This document shows positions 30,501 to 39,242 of a stretch of DNA of 64,000 bases, in pieces (the first letter of the stretch is position 1; each line of letters begins with the position of its first letter). The position numbers and the translations under genes were made by a program. The stretch comes from a virus (Duplodnaviria; Caudoviricetes). The stretch is taken from the IMG/VR virus record IMGVR_UViG_3300021431_000084. The stretch is one strand, 5' to 3'. Under the pieces are notes generated by a model. It ran no database searches, was not told the origin of the DNA, and was given only the letters and a program-made list of their open reading frames with translations.

Positions 30501-31677
30501 TAACTGGTATGACTGGACCATTCAGTCCATCTCAGCGGGCGCCGCACAGAGAATGGCAAATGGAAGTATATCTGGTGTATTCTTAGGACGTATTCCAGAT
30601 GAAGCAAGATATAGTGAATATACTGCACAACAAAGAGCATTAGTTGAAGAGATTAACGAAGTACAGAATCAGTATGAAGATGCTCGTATTTTATATAATT
30701 ATTTGATTGAGAATGGTGCTTCTCAAGAAGAGAAGGCCGCACAGAAAGCAATTGTTGATGCTCTTGAAGTAGAGTTAGCAGATTTAAACGAAGACCTTGC
30801 TGAAATCAATACTTTAATTGATAGATGTAGATTTATAATTGGATTATATGGAATGTATAATGGAGAGACATTTTTCAAACTTACTGAAGAAGGTCGTCTT
30901 ACTCTTGGTATGGAAGATGAAATTCAATTTAGTTACAATTCTGGTTTGATTCAAAGTAAGAATCATAGTTCAATTGTATTAAATTTGTTTGAGAACTCGT
31001 TTTCACTATCTTCTAATGGTTTGAGTATTAACCCTTCTGCTTCGGATGGCGTTGTTATTCGTACTAATGGTATAGAATTATATAATAACGGTTTGATAAA
31101 TGCAAATCAACTTACAGTACATCAAATGAGTGTTAATACAAGTGGTGAAATTACCGCTCCTAAATTAACCATTGATGGAACTGGTGAGAATGTTAAGATT
31201 GTAACTCCAAAGATAGAAATTACAACTGCAGCTAATGCTTATGCAATAAATGCAGAAAGAATTGACGTAACAAGTGCGGCTGGCCACACCGGTTCAGGAA
31301 TACTTCGAGCTGTAGAGTTACAAGCAACTAAACTTTCTTTTGATACTACTTTACAAGCAACAGATAAAGTGATTGAATTAGGAGCAAATCATGATTTCTA
31401 TATTCAACATGACGGTACTGCAAAGTTAGGTCAAGTTACTGCTACTAGTCTTAGTGCTGACACCATTTCAGGTACGCAAATAACTTTAGCTGATATACAA
31501 AATGGGCTTCCTGCTCAGATAACAATAAATGGTGTTACAATGAATGTAATTCAAATTGACGCAGCAGATCCTACAACACATACAACTAAAACATATTATG
31601 TAATTGGAGCGGTTGTTCCAACATCCGATCCAGAAGAAACAGAAGTAGAAGAAGACCCAATAGTCTTCAATCCTTAA
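27583..31677 (+). CDS. large tail-tip/spike protein (~1364 aa)
   Basis: follows the tape measure gene; OB-like N-terminus (VGTQVYVMIPEG); beta-repeat C-terminus. Confidence 0.6.
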   Translation: MQKNLQEELLQAMRIVAKAEVDKVNFDKTIICTIKDNSNAENGEYYVTDGSSSFYAYTEVTTYTVGTQVYVMIPEGNYDNRKLIMGKYLSSDDEPYNYVSPSSLFIEKTINLITDGEAERALLTNYQGTEFPPVSQEEINDDPASSSISISNQTIDVGSLKGYDYDCALLRADFKSLIRLKNPDMQPGSITGRYGLRLHIDLLDNDGNLGTIVAYLDTEHNMNGNPYDFETFYTQEMLVPIEEKYFSNGGLDIQAMSVEFFQAGADSTFTYQTLEGSKLVPWYLQINPNEDRELLPPNLFVKNIVLKLGYQQEKENKDKVTIRPQPVNGGYGTEGQNPKALNYYSYLTDAEIQRLKNKGVIDSFIELYQNKFIKEYNEKIIEIDNSRTYIDLVVRGIISKNDVTYKLYQYVDPNTVEYPVSDEYAGDNWKEVDWNNDGTYRFDPDIGAKEQKFKTIAFYDDPLGTEEVLGPNGEIITPNTKHMRVSSAELVFTLIGVPQTPDTEYLTIDCSNNGIFKIYNLKGHLINSFSQNVKRFLYAHKENSDATLTSITWRIPYVDTMIDPISSDEFLGTNGEDGTKHFERKSDEGVYEYTIFNPKSTEFYFRIKDYLNPKAVNNTIVCWAKFNNSSQIEVAEKTIEFCTIEQHGTEYKIAANFFDGLNALTFGREQRVRVRVLNADNIDITPNLIEQGFKFNLEWYSKPPQSAIEYSDLNYGNGTEYQGIYSFLLGAAEDVPGGRITEDGQAYRIIEHDQMIRIIENLNSSTSESSNVRGIRSAPVLRAGSGSGPAMDYVSYRITNDGNMRATDEGDIRVTNTSIADVPDLDQYYGSHIIKISIFNYNGQTITGLFAVPFAISDVYSTYVGPTEILYDSAGANPAYYKSHPQLYYIDQTTGEEKENTGIRWRLYSMSNNINSQFPEYELTSPDYLLQVPPMFVSGRKCINMVAEAPDGTQLWVQPIPISRDDWDNPVLNNWYDWTIQSISAGAAQRMANGSISGVFLGRIPDEARYSEYTAQQRALVEEINEVQNQYEDARILYNYLIENGASQEEKAAQKAIVDALEVELADLNEDLAEINTLIDRCRFIIGLYGMYNGETFFKLTEEGRLTLGMEDEIQFSYNSGLIQSKNHSSIVLNLFENSFSLSSNGLSINPSASDGVVIRTNGIELYNNGLINANQLTVHQMSVNTSGEITAPKLTIDGTGENVKIVTPKIEITTAANAYAINAERIDVTSAAGHTGSGILRAVELQATKLSFDTTLQATDKVIELGANHDFYIQHDGTAKLGQVTATSLSADTISGTQITLADIQNGLPAQITINGVTMNVIQIDAADPTTHTTKTYYVIGAVVPTSDPEETEVEEDPIVFNP

Positions 31678-31691
31678 GGAGATAATGGAGT

Positions 31692-32051
31692 ATGATTAAA
31701 AAGACAGTTAAAATGAAGAATAGCGAAGTTTATGCTATCGCTTTGGGCTTTTCCAACTTTTTTAACGGGGAGATAAACCTCCCCGTTAAGGTTGGTTTTT
31801 ATTTTACTAAGAATAAAAAGTATTTTATTGAATTGGGTAGACAGATAGATGAAATGAAAGAAGAAATTTGTTCTAAACATGTTGACTCAAATGGTTACAT
31901 TATTGAAAGTGAAGCTAATGCCGAATTAGCTGAATTGTCAAAATTAGAACAAGAAGTTACTTTCTATCAAGTTTCTTTGGAAGATTTTGGAGACATAAGT
32001 TTATCTGTTGAGCAATTGGATATAATTGAATTTATGATAAAGGAGGAATAA
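31692..32051 (+). CDS. small tail-associated/chaperone-like protein
   Basis: SD present; helical 119 aa after the spike gene. Confidence 0.5.
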   Translation: MIKKTVKMKNSEVYAIALGFSNFFNGEINLPVKVGFYFTKNKKYFIELGRQIDEMKEEICSKHVDSNGYIIESEANAELAELSKLEQEVTFYQVSLEDFGDISLSVEQLDIIEFMIKEE

Positions 32052-32054
32052 TAA

Positions 32055-33605
32055 ATGGCAAAATTAAATCCGCCAATTTTGGAAGGAATAATCCCTTGCT
32101 TTTTTGAGATTACTATACCTAATACTAATCCAGTACAAACACAAGTGCCATTGGATATTCCTTTCGTTATGAATCGTTCTGTTGCATTGGCTGATATTAG
32201 TGCAATGAGATTAAAGTTTAAGACCATTGGTGGTGTTGAACTGGGAGATGTTAGAATTGATAAAGGTTTAATAACTGTTGAGGGTACAAGTGCTATAATA
32301 AATATTTCAGAATTAAGAACTCTTGATGAGGGAGCGGGTAATTCAATATATCAGAAATTAAACATAGGTCAGTATTATAAAATACAGTTAGCTTATGTTT
32401 CTAATAATGATTCAACAATTGGATATTATTCAAGTGTTGGCATAATTAAATTTACCGCTGAACCTTTTTATGGAGTTGCTCAACCTGAGGTTGAGTATGC
32501 AGTTGCCTACCCAGAGTATGATGGCACTTATATGCCCAATCCATTAGATCCAACTGAAAAATGGTATTCATATCAGTTTGATCTTATTGAAGAAGATGTT
32601 GGTATTATAGATACAACCGAAGAACAGTTACATACAAATATAAATGTAGATTATGAGCGTTATATAATCACTAAAGATTTAGATTCTTCTAAAAACTATA
32701 CTGTGAGATTTACTGTTACAACAGTTAATAAAAAAGTTTTAACAGCAGAAGAAACAATAGTATTTGATACTCTTCCTGCGTTCCCAGAAACTTGCACAAT
32801 AAATGTTGCAAGAAATTATGATAATGGATATTTTACAGTTAGCGTTTCTGGTGAAGATTTATCTGATGATATTTATATTTTATGGAGATATTCTTCCAAA
32901 ACTCAAGAGTGGGATTTACTTAGTAAACAGTTCCACTTGTCTGATACTTATTATGATTTCACTATTGAAGATGGTATTGAATATACTTATGCATTACAGG
33001 CAGAGGCTCAGGACATCTTGGTCCCAACCAGCGAGAGAAAATTAGCAACGCCGCAAGTTGCTCATTTTGAAGATATGTTTATAGGTGATAAAAATAGACA
33101 GCTTAAAATCAGATTTAACCCAAAGATTAATACATTTAAGATTATTACATTTGAAGCCAAAACTGATACTCTTGGTAGTGAGTTTCCTATATTTAGTAAG
33201 AATGGTAATGCAAAATATAAACAGATTGATTTTGGAGGTCTTGTTTCTTATCTTATGGATGAACAAGATTTGTTCCACGTATTCCCATCAGAAGTAGAAA
33301 GTTTTAGAAAAGAAACAAATAATATTCATAATGACCCTCAGATTTCTTCTACTGCCACAACTAATGAAAATATCTATAAAGAGAGAATATTTAGAAACGC
33401 AGTAATGAATTGGCTTACAAATGGCGAGCCAAAGTATTTTAGATCAATAACTGAGGGTAATTATATAATTAAACTTTTGAATCCTTCGTTCACTCCTAAT
33501 GATACTACTGGTCGCATGATTTATTCATTTACAACCACTTCATATGAGATGGATAAAGATACAAGAGAAAACTTAATAAAATATAACTTAGTAGAGGAGG
33601 GATAA
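32055..33605 (+). CDS. distal tail/baseplate protein with beta-sandwich domains
   Basis: FN3-like YYDFTIEDGIEYTYAL; C-terminal WLTNGEPKYFRS...FTTTSYE. Confidence 0.55.
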   Translation: MAKLNPPILEGIIPCFFEITIPNTNPVQTQVPLDIPFVMNRSVALADISAMRLKFKTIGGVELGDVRIDKGLITVEGTSAIINISELRTLDEGAGNSIYQKLNIGQYYKIQLAYVSNNDSTIGYYSSVGIIKFTAEPFYGVAQPEVEYAVAYPEYDGTYMPNPLDPTEKWYSYQFDLIEEDVGIIDTTEEQLHTNINVDYERYIITKDLDSSKNYTVRFTVTTVNKKVLTAEETIVFDTLPAFPETCTINVARNYDNGYFTVSVSGEDLSDDIYILWRYSSKTQEWDLLSKQFHLSDTYYDFTIEDGIEYTYALQAEAQDILVPTSERKLATPQVAHFEDMFIGDKNRQLKIRFNPKINTFKIITFEAKTDTLGSEFPIFSKNGNAKYKQIDFGGLVSYLMDEQDLFHVFPSEVESFRKETNNIHNDPQISSTATTNENIYKERIFRNAVMNWLTNGEPKYFRSITEGNYIIKLLNPSFTPNDTTGRMIYSFTTTSYEMDKDTRENLIKYNLVEEG

Positions 33606-33608
33606 GTT

Positions 33609-36155
33609 ATGGCTATTAATCCATTACTTGATAATGACTTCCTTACTCAATTATATGAAGCTCGTGAGAGAGAAGTTTATGCAAAGGTTACTTTGCTAAC
33701 CCTCGATGAATTACCGGTTGAAGATTTTAGTGGAAAGGTTACGCAAGGTACTGTCAATCTTGATGGTACCTCTGCGGTCCGCCGCACGTGCTCATTATCC
33801 GTTGTAACCGAATTGGATGAAGCTAACTCGTACATGTGGGCATTAAACTCTAAATTTAAGTTGGAAGTTGGTTTAAAAAATGTTCTCAAAGATATTACTT
33901 CTGAAAGAGGATTTAAACCTTATGCAAACTATGGAGATATAATTTGGTTCCCAATGGGAATTTATTTTATTACTTCATTTAATACAAATCATTCAACTAC
34001 TTCATCAAGTATTTCCATTAGCGGCAAAGATAAGATGGCTATGTTAAATGGTGATTTGGGTGGTTCTGTATATTCTCTTACTTGGGACTTTGGCTCTATT
34101 GAGATTACAGATGCAAATGGCGAAACTACCATTAAGAAATATTTGTTAGAGAATATTATTCGAGAGGCAGTTCATGAGTTTGCAAAAGAACCATTTCAGA
34201 ATATTATAATTAACGATCTTTCTGATAGTGGTCTTGAGTTATTACAATATAATTATTCTAAACCAATGTATCTTATTAAAGATATTAAGGCTGATGTTAT
34301 TACTCAATTTACTTTAAATGCAGAACAAGGTACTTTTTATCAGGTAGTCAAAAATAATGAAGATGGAAAGTATTATGTCCCTCAAGGTGGTTTGGTACCT
34401 GTACAATTCAATGACGAAAGCTTTAAATTTGATTTAACGAGTTCTATTTCAGATGCGGTTTATGAACCAACTTACTTTACCACTTGGGAATGTCTTCCTC
34501 CCGAGGGTAGTGCAGAAATAAAGGAAGTGGTACCTGGAACAGAAGTTAATAGAGTTTATAGTTGTATAAAGGCCGAAGAAGGTGAGACTATTGGTTACAG
34601 AACAACTGATTTGGTTTATGCTGGTGACTTGATTGCAAATGTAGGAGAGTCAATTACTTCTGTTCTTGATAAGATTAAGAATATGCTTGGTGATTATGAA
34701 TATTTCTACAATCTTGATGGACAATTTGTATTTCAAAGAAAAGAAATTAGTTTACAACATCCTTGGAATCAATTGAGTTCACTTAATGCTGATAATACAG
34801 AACGATATGTAGATTTATATAAAGACAATTATGCTTATAGTTTTGATGAAAATCAAATTGTAACTTCAATGTCAAACACACCTGCTATTTCAAATGTAAA
34901 GAATGATTTTACAGTTTGGGGTGAAAAGAAAAGTAGTTCTGGTAATACAAAGATACCAGTACATTGTAGATATGCAATTGATATAAAGCCAAAAAGATAT
35001 AAAACTGTCGGTGAAAGAAATCCTGACACTACAAGCGATCAAAAGTGGATAAATCAAGTTGTTTATATTACTGAAGACTACGAAGGTCCTGATAAACAAA
35101 TTGGTAAGGTTAGAGACTGGCGTGAACTGATTTATCAAATGGCTTTGGATTATAGAAAGCATATGCACGATGCTGCTACTCCAGACGCTGAGTTCAACTA
35201 TATAGATGAGCTTCTTCCAGAGATCGCAAAGAATAACCCAGAATTTGAAGGTGGTATTACTGGTTATGAACAATATTATGTTGATTTGGAAGGTTTTTGG
35301 AGATTACTTTATGACCCAGATTATCGCGGCTCGTACACTCCAGCTTATACAATAAATTCTTCAGATGCTTTTAATAAAGAAAGAGGAAAATTATATTATT
35401 TTGAAAATCAAGCCATGGAATTATACGACTATACGGCAAGTTATTACTACGCAAATGATAATAAAACTTCGTATGTATATGCCAATATTACAAATGAGTT
35501 AGATTTTAATGCTAATAAAAGAAATCTCTATAAACCTATATTAGCTTGGAATTATGACCCAGCCATATCCTATTTTTATTACACAGAAGAATATTATACA
35601 GGAGTGCTAGATGAATTTAGATATTGGAATAAAACCGTAATCAATAAACCCGAAGAATTAGTTTTTTGGTTTGACTTTATTGATGCAGAAAAGAATAGTG
35701 ATTTGTCAAAATATGCAGTTAGAAATATTGGTTTAAGACAAGCACCGAAAAAAGATACTGCTGTTAAAGCGGTTTATTATAGAGATGTACCTAATGTTAT
35801 TTTTGTATCTAATACCGATAAAGAAGAAATAGCAAAGTTAAGAGAACAAAACGAAGGTGGTTATACCATCTTACCACTTAATGAGGATATTATGGCCGCG
35901 TTCACATTGAGCGTACAGGGCAAGTCCGCAAAAGAAGAAATTGACTCTATGATTTATAACAAGGCTTGTTGTAATGAATCTATAACACTTAACTGTTTAC
36001 CAATTTATACTTTAGAACCTAATTCAAAGGTTTATGTAAAAGATACCAAGAGTGGCATAAATGGCTCCTACTTGGCTACAAGAATGTCAATCAATTTAGC
36101 TTATAACGGTATGATGAATGTTACCGCTACTAAGATTATTGATAGAATTTATTAA
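33609..36155 (+). CDS. baseplate hub/Tal-like tail protein
   Basis: SAVRRTCSL, ISGKDKM, YFYNLDGQFVFQ and ESITLNCLPIYTLEPN hub-type motifs. Confidence 0.6.
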   Translation: MAINPLLDNDFLTQLYEAREREVYAKVTLLTLDELPVEDFSGKVTQGTVNLDGTSAVRRTCSLSVVTELDEANSYMWALNSKFKLEVGLKNVLKDITSERGFKPYANYGDIIWFPMGIYFITSFNTNHSTTSSSISISGKDKMAMLNGDLGGSVYSLTWDFGSIEITDANGETTIKKYLLENIIREAVHEFAKEPFQNIIINDLSDSGLELLQYNYSKPMYLIKDIKADVITQFTLNAEQGTFYQVVKNNEDGKYYVPQGGLVPVQFNDESFKFDLTSSISDAVYEPTYFTTWECLPPEGSAEIKEVVPGTEVNRVYSCIKAEEGETIGYRTTDLVYAGDLIANVGESITSVLDKIKNMLGDYEYFYNLDGQFVFQRKEISLQHPWNQLSSLNADNTERYVDLYKDNYAYSFDENQIVTSMSNTPAISNVKNDFTVWGEKKSSSGNTKIPVHCRYAIDIKPKRYKTVGERNPDTTSDQKWINQVVYITEDYEGPDKQIGKVRDWRELIYQMALDYRKHMHDAATPDAEFNYIDELLPEIAKNNPEFEGGITGYEQYYVDLEGFWRLLYDPDYRGSYTPAYTINSSDAFNKERGKLYYFENQAMELYDYTASYYYANDNKTSYVYANITNELDFNANKRNLYKPILAWNYDPAISYFYYTEEYYTGVLDEFRYWNKTVINKPEELVFWFDFIDAEKNSDLSKYAVRNIGLRQAPKKDTAVKAVYYRDVPNVIFVSNTDKEEIAKLREQNEGGYTILPLNEDIMAAFTLSVQGKSAKEEIDSMIYNKACCNESITLNCLPIYTLEPNSKVYVKDTKSGINGSYLATRMSINLAYNGMMNVTATKIIDRIY

Positions 36156-36170
36156 GGAGGAAAAGGATTT

Positions 36171-36545
36171 ATGGACAAAATGGAACTTATTCAGCAGATT
36201 TTTGAATTGTGTATTGTACCTCTTCTTGCGGTGCTCACAGGCTACATTGTTACGTGGATCAAAGCCAAGACCGCGGAGATTGAGCAGAACAAGTATACAG
36301 ACTTGATTTCTGATACAATCATTCAGTGTGTTATTGCAACAAATCAGACTTATGTTGAAGCCTTGAAGAAGGAAGGTAAGTTTGATGCTGAAGCACAGGA
36401 GAAGGCTTTTGAAATTACAAAACAGGCTGTTCTCGCAGTTCTCACTAACCAGGCAAGAGATTTTATTGAGATGTCTTATGGTGATGTTGAGGCTTGGCTT
36501 AATCAGCAGATTGAAGCTACTATTAATACTTATAAAAAGGTATAA
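36171..36545 (+). CDS. holin (LL-H-like)
   Basis: one N-terminal TM helix, IEATI C-terminal motif, last gene of the tail arm. Confidence 0.65.
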   Translation: MDKMELIQQIFELCIVPLLAVLTGYIVTWIKAKTAEIEQNKYTDLISDTIIQCVIATNQTYVEALKKEGKFDAEAQEKAFEITKQAVLAVLTNQARDFIEMSYGDVEAWLNQQIEATINTYKKV

Positions 36546-36630
36546 AAAAATGGGGTTATCCTTAATTGGATAACCCCTTATTTTTTTGCACAAAAAAAGA
36601 GGGAGACTAAATTAATAGTCTCCCTTAATT
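36545..36630. terminator. two back-to-back terminators between the convergent arms
   Basis: GGGGTTATCC/GGATAACCCC and AGGGAGACTA/TAGTCTCCCT stems with A/T tracts. Confidence 0.85.
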
Positions 36631-37098
36631 TTATGCTTTACCAAATGTTTGTTTAGCCCTCTCTTGAAGTAGTTTAAACAATTCATCTCCTTCATGATTT
36701 CCGCCTAAAGCTTTATAAGCATCATGGTCTTTTACTATTTGATCATATTCTTCTAAAGTTAAATCATGTTCTTGATTTAAAGCATTTCTACAATTCTGTT
36801 TAAATTCTCTACCTTGGATAGCCAACAAACCCAGTTTCAACTCAGAAAGGTTGGTTTTAAAACCTTCCATTTCTTTTTCTACTCTTTCGTCTTTCTTCTC
36901 AACATGTTCGGTTAAAGCACTAATCTGTTCACTAACCTTTTGGATAATTTCAGTTTTTAATGCTTCTTGTTCAGTTGCCTTTTTTTCTACTTCCAATTTA
37001 ATGTAACGCTTACCGAAATAAGAAGCAAGACCAATAAAGGCTGTAAATAAAATCTCCAGCCAATATTTTAATAAAAACAACCCAATTTCTTGCCACAT
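36631..37098 (-). CDS. holin-like membrane protein (TM + coiled coil)
   Basis: SD AAGGAGG before MWQE; TM helix; YKALGGN motif. Confidence 0.55.
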   Translation of the reverse strand: MWQEIGLFLLKYWLEILFTAFIGLASYFGKRYIKLEVEKKATEQEALKTEIIQKVSEQISALTEHVEKKDERVEKEMEGFKTNLSELKLGLLAIQGREFKQNCRNALNQEHDLTLEEYDQIVKDHDAYKALGGNHEGDELFKLLQERAKQTFGKA

Positions 37099-37168
37099 GG
37101 GTAAAGCCTCCTTGATTTCCAAATTCCTCTACATAGAATTTGGGTTTTACAAGAAGGCTCTTATTTTT

Positions 37169-37657
37169 TTATGTCCAATCGAATGTTTCGGGATTGGTCT
37201 TGATGTAGTGAATACCAATACATATTGCATCACATTCATCTTGTGTTGCCTTGACAGCATACGTATTAGCTACATACTCAGCTGCATTTTTCTTTTGAGT
37301 GGCTCTATCTGCACCTCTGATACCAAGAGTCGATTTCCAACTTGCAGCAAGGACTGCTTCATTGGGTATTTCAAGTTCTGTAAATGTTTCATACAAAACT
37401 CCAAAAACTTCTGCTAAAACTTTAAATGTTCTAACATTCTGTACTACATTAGTTTGAAGCTGAATATCTTCAAAAACAACTTCTGTAATTTCATATTTAT
37501 CAATTAACTCAATAACCTGAGTTTTGATTTTATATAATCTCTCACCAATATCTGGATCGTCTACGCTTATTTTACCATGTGCTATGAGTTTATCCCCATT
37601 AAAAACTGCCCAACCGGTAATACGTGAACTTTGATCAAGAGCTAATAACTTACGCAC
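37169..37657 (-). CDS. ruvC: Holliday junction resolvase
   Basis: LALDQS..TGW, VVFED, WK, DECDAICI; GTG start overlapping the dut stop. Confidence 0.85.
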   Translation of the reverse strand: MRKLLALDQSSRITGWAVFNGDKLIAHGKISVDDPDIGERLYKIKTQVIELIDKYEITEVVFEDIQLQTNVVQNVRTFKVLAEVFGVLYETFTELEIPNEAVLAASWKSTLGIRGADRATQKKNAAEYVANTYAVKATQDECDAICIGIHYIKTNPETFDWT

Positions 37658-38192
37658 CTGTTGATCCAAATCCGCCAATTCTCTCGCCCTCTGTCTTGTC
37701 ATCATCTACAAGGAGATAAGGTTTTATGATGCCCTGGCCGATGCAACTACCTTTCTTTAAGAGAATAGGATATGGGGATAAGTTAGCAATTTGGAAAAAG
37801 ATATGTCCTTCATTGTCAGGATTATTATAATAATCGGCATCAATAATTCCTACACCGTTAGCAAGAATAAGCCAATACTTCATAGGACAAGAACTTCTAA
37901 CTGAAAGTTCAAGATATGTTCCTTCGTCTAATTGAGCTTTAATACCAGTAGGTACTAAAGTTGTACGAGCATTTGCGGCCTTGGTCAAATTTGCCATATC
38001 GTCTAGTGTAATTGGCCAAGCCACCCCGTTAGTGATCACCTCATTAACAAGGTCCGCAGTTATCTCATTAAGACCGGGAACTACCGTATCTTCTGCTACA
38101 TAGAAATCATATCCGGCAGAGCCCTTTGTCTTACGAACTGGAATAATTATATTTTCATCATCAGCATACTTGCTGATTTTCTCAAAACGCAT
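37650..38192 (-). CDS. dut: trimeric dUTPase
   Basis: SAGYD, RSS, GIIDADY, IGQG, RIGGFGSTG. Confidence 0.95.
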   Translation of the reverse strand: MRFEKISKYADDENIIIPVRKTKGSAGYDFYVAEDTVVPGLNEITADLVNEVITNGVAWPITLDDMANLTKAANARTTLVPTGIKAQLDEGTYLELSVRSSCPMKYWLILANGVGIIDADYYNNPDNEGHIFFQIANLSPYPILLKKGSCIGQGIIKPYLLVDDDKTEGERIGGFGSTGA

Positions 38193-38445
38193 TAACGGAA
38201 TCTCCTCTTGAATAAGTAACCTCTGTATCGTAGATAGGATCTTTTACGTCCTCAAATGCAATCTTCGCCTTAACCAATTGATACTCTTCCACGATCTCAC
38301 CTTTTTGCTTAATGTACTTGGTGGTGTAACTGAAACTAACCAGCTCGCCGCAAGGGAGATCTTCGAGAGACTTTCTCAATTTTAAAGCTGCTTCTACTGT
38401 TGGTACTCTATATGTGTTTACAACTTCAATCAAATACTTTTCCAT
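38182..38445 (-). CDS. hypothetical protein
   Basis: tightly packed in the operon. Confidence 0.7.
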   Translation of the reverse strand: MEKYLIEVVNTYRVPTVEAALKLRKSLEDLPCGELVSFSYTTKYIKQKGEIVEEYQLVKAKIAFEDVKDPIYDTEVTYSRGDSVNAF

Positions 38446-38446
38446 T

Positions 38447-38698
38447 TTAATTTACCTCTACTATAATATTGTTATTCTTAAAACCAAATGTTAATTCAGG
38501 CTTTCTTTCTAATAAACCACTAATATAAGCGTCATCACCAAAGAAATGAATTTTACCAATCTTATTTTGCAAGCAGAAATCTAAAGCCATATTGCCAAGA
38601 TTTTCAATACCCTCAACCATAATTTTTTCTCCATTTGGAGCAACCATAACTTGAGTTCTTGCAAACATGTCAACACAACAAATTAATTGATTATCCAT
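38447..38698 (-). CDS. hypothetical protein
   Basis: tightly packed in the operon. Confidence 0.7.
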   Translation of the reverse strand: MDNQLICCVDMFARTQVMVAPNGEKIMVEGIENLGNMALDFCLQNKIGKIHFFGDDAYISGLLERKPELTFGFKNNNIIVEVN

Positions 38699-39182
38699 TG
38701 AACTCTACAACCCCCTCATCATAATTAAATAAATACATACAAATTGCACTATTAGAATCCTTTGGCTTTACCCAAATTTCAAGACCATTTCCTTCTTCTG
38801 TAATGTCACAAGCCTTAAGGTCTCCAACATTAATAAGGCAATCTTTGAAAACTTCATGGAACTTCTCAGGTGCTCCTTCAGTTCTCTTGAATAAAGTAAA
38901 GTATCCAATATCTTTACAATACATTAAGAAGTATGTTCCTTGTGGATTCCACTTCTTAATCACTCCCTCAACCTTACGCCAATCCATATTTCTTTGACTT
39001 GCCACAAGGTTTTTATTCATATCATAAAGTGAGAGTTTGAGGTCTGGGTTATAATCTACCCAGGCCTCGTTCTCATACATTTGATATTTCTTTTCATTTT
39101 CTATAAATACAATAGTTCCTTCACCAATTTGCTCAGGATTAAGAGAAGCTATTTCAGCACTTTCCTTTACATTGATTATCAT
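38691..39182 (-). CDS. hypothetical protein
   Basis: SD AAGGAG; promoter at 39215-39242. Confidence 0.75.
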   Translation of the reverse strand: MIINVKESAEIASLNPEQIGEGTIVFIENEKKYQMYENEAWVDYNPDLKLSLYDMNKNLVASQRNMDWRKVEGVIKKWNPQGTYFLMYCKDIGYFTLFKRTEGAPEKFHEVFKDCLINVGDLKACDITEEGNGLEIWVKPKDSNSAICMYLFNYDEGVVEFNG

Positions 39183-39214
39183 TATAAATACTCCTTAAAA
39201 TTTCTCATATTTAT

Positions 39215-39242
39215 ATTATAACATAAAATATTTATTTTTCAA
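39215..39242 (-). promoter_or_regulatory. sigmaA-type promoter overlapping the nrdD stop
   Basis: TTGAAA...TGTTATAAT. Confidence 0.7.
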
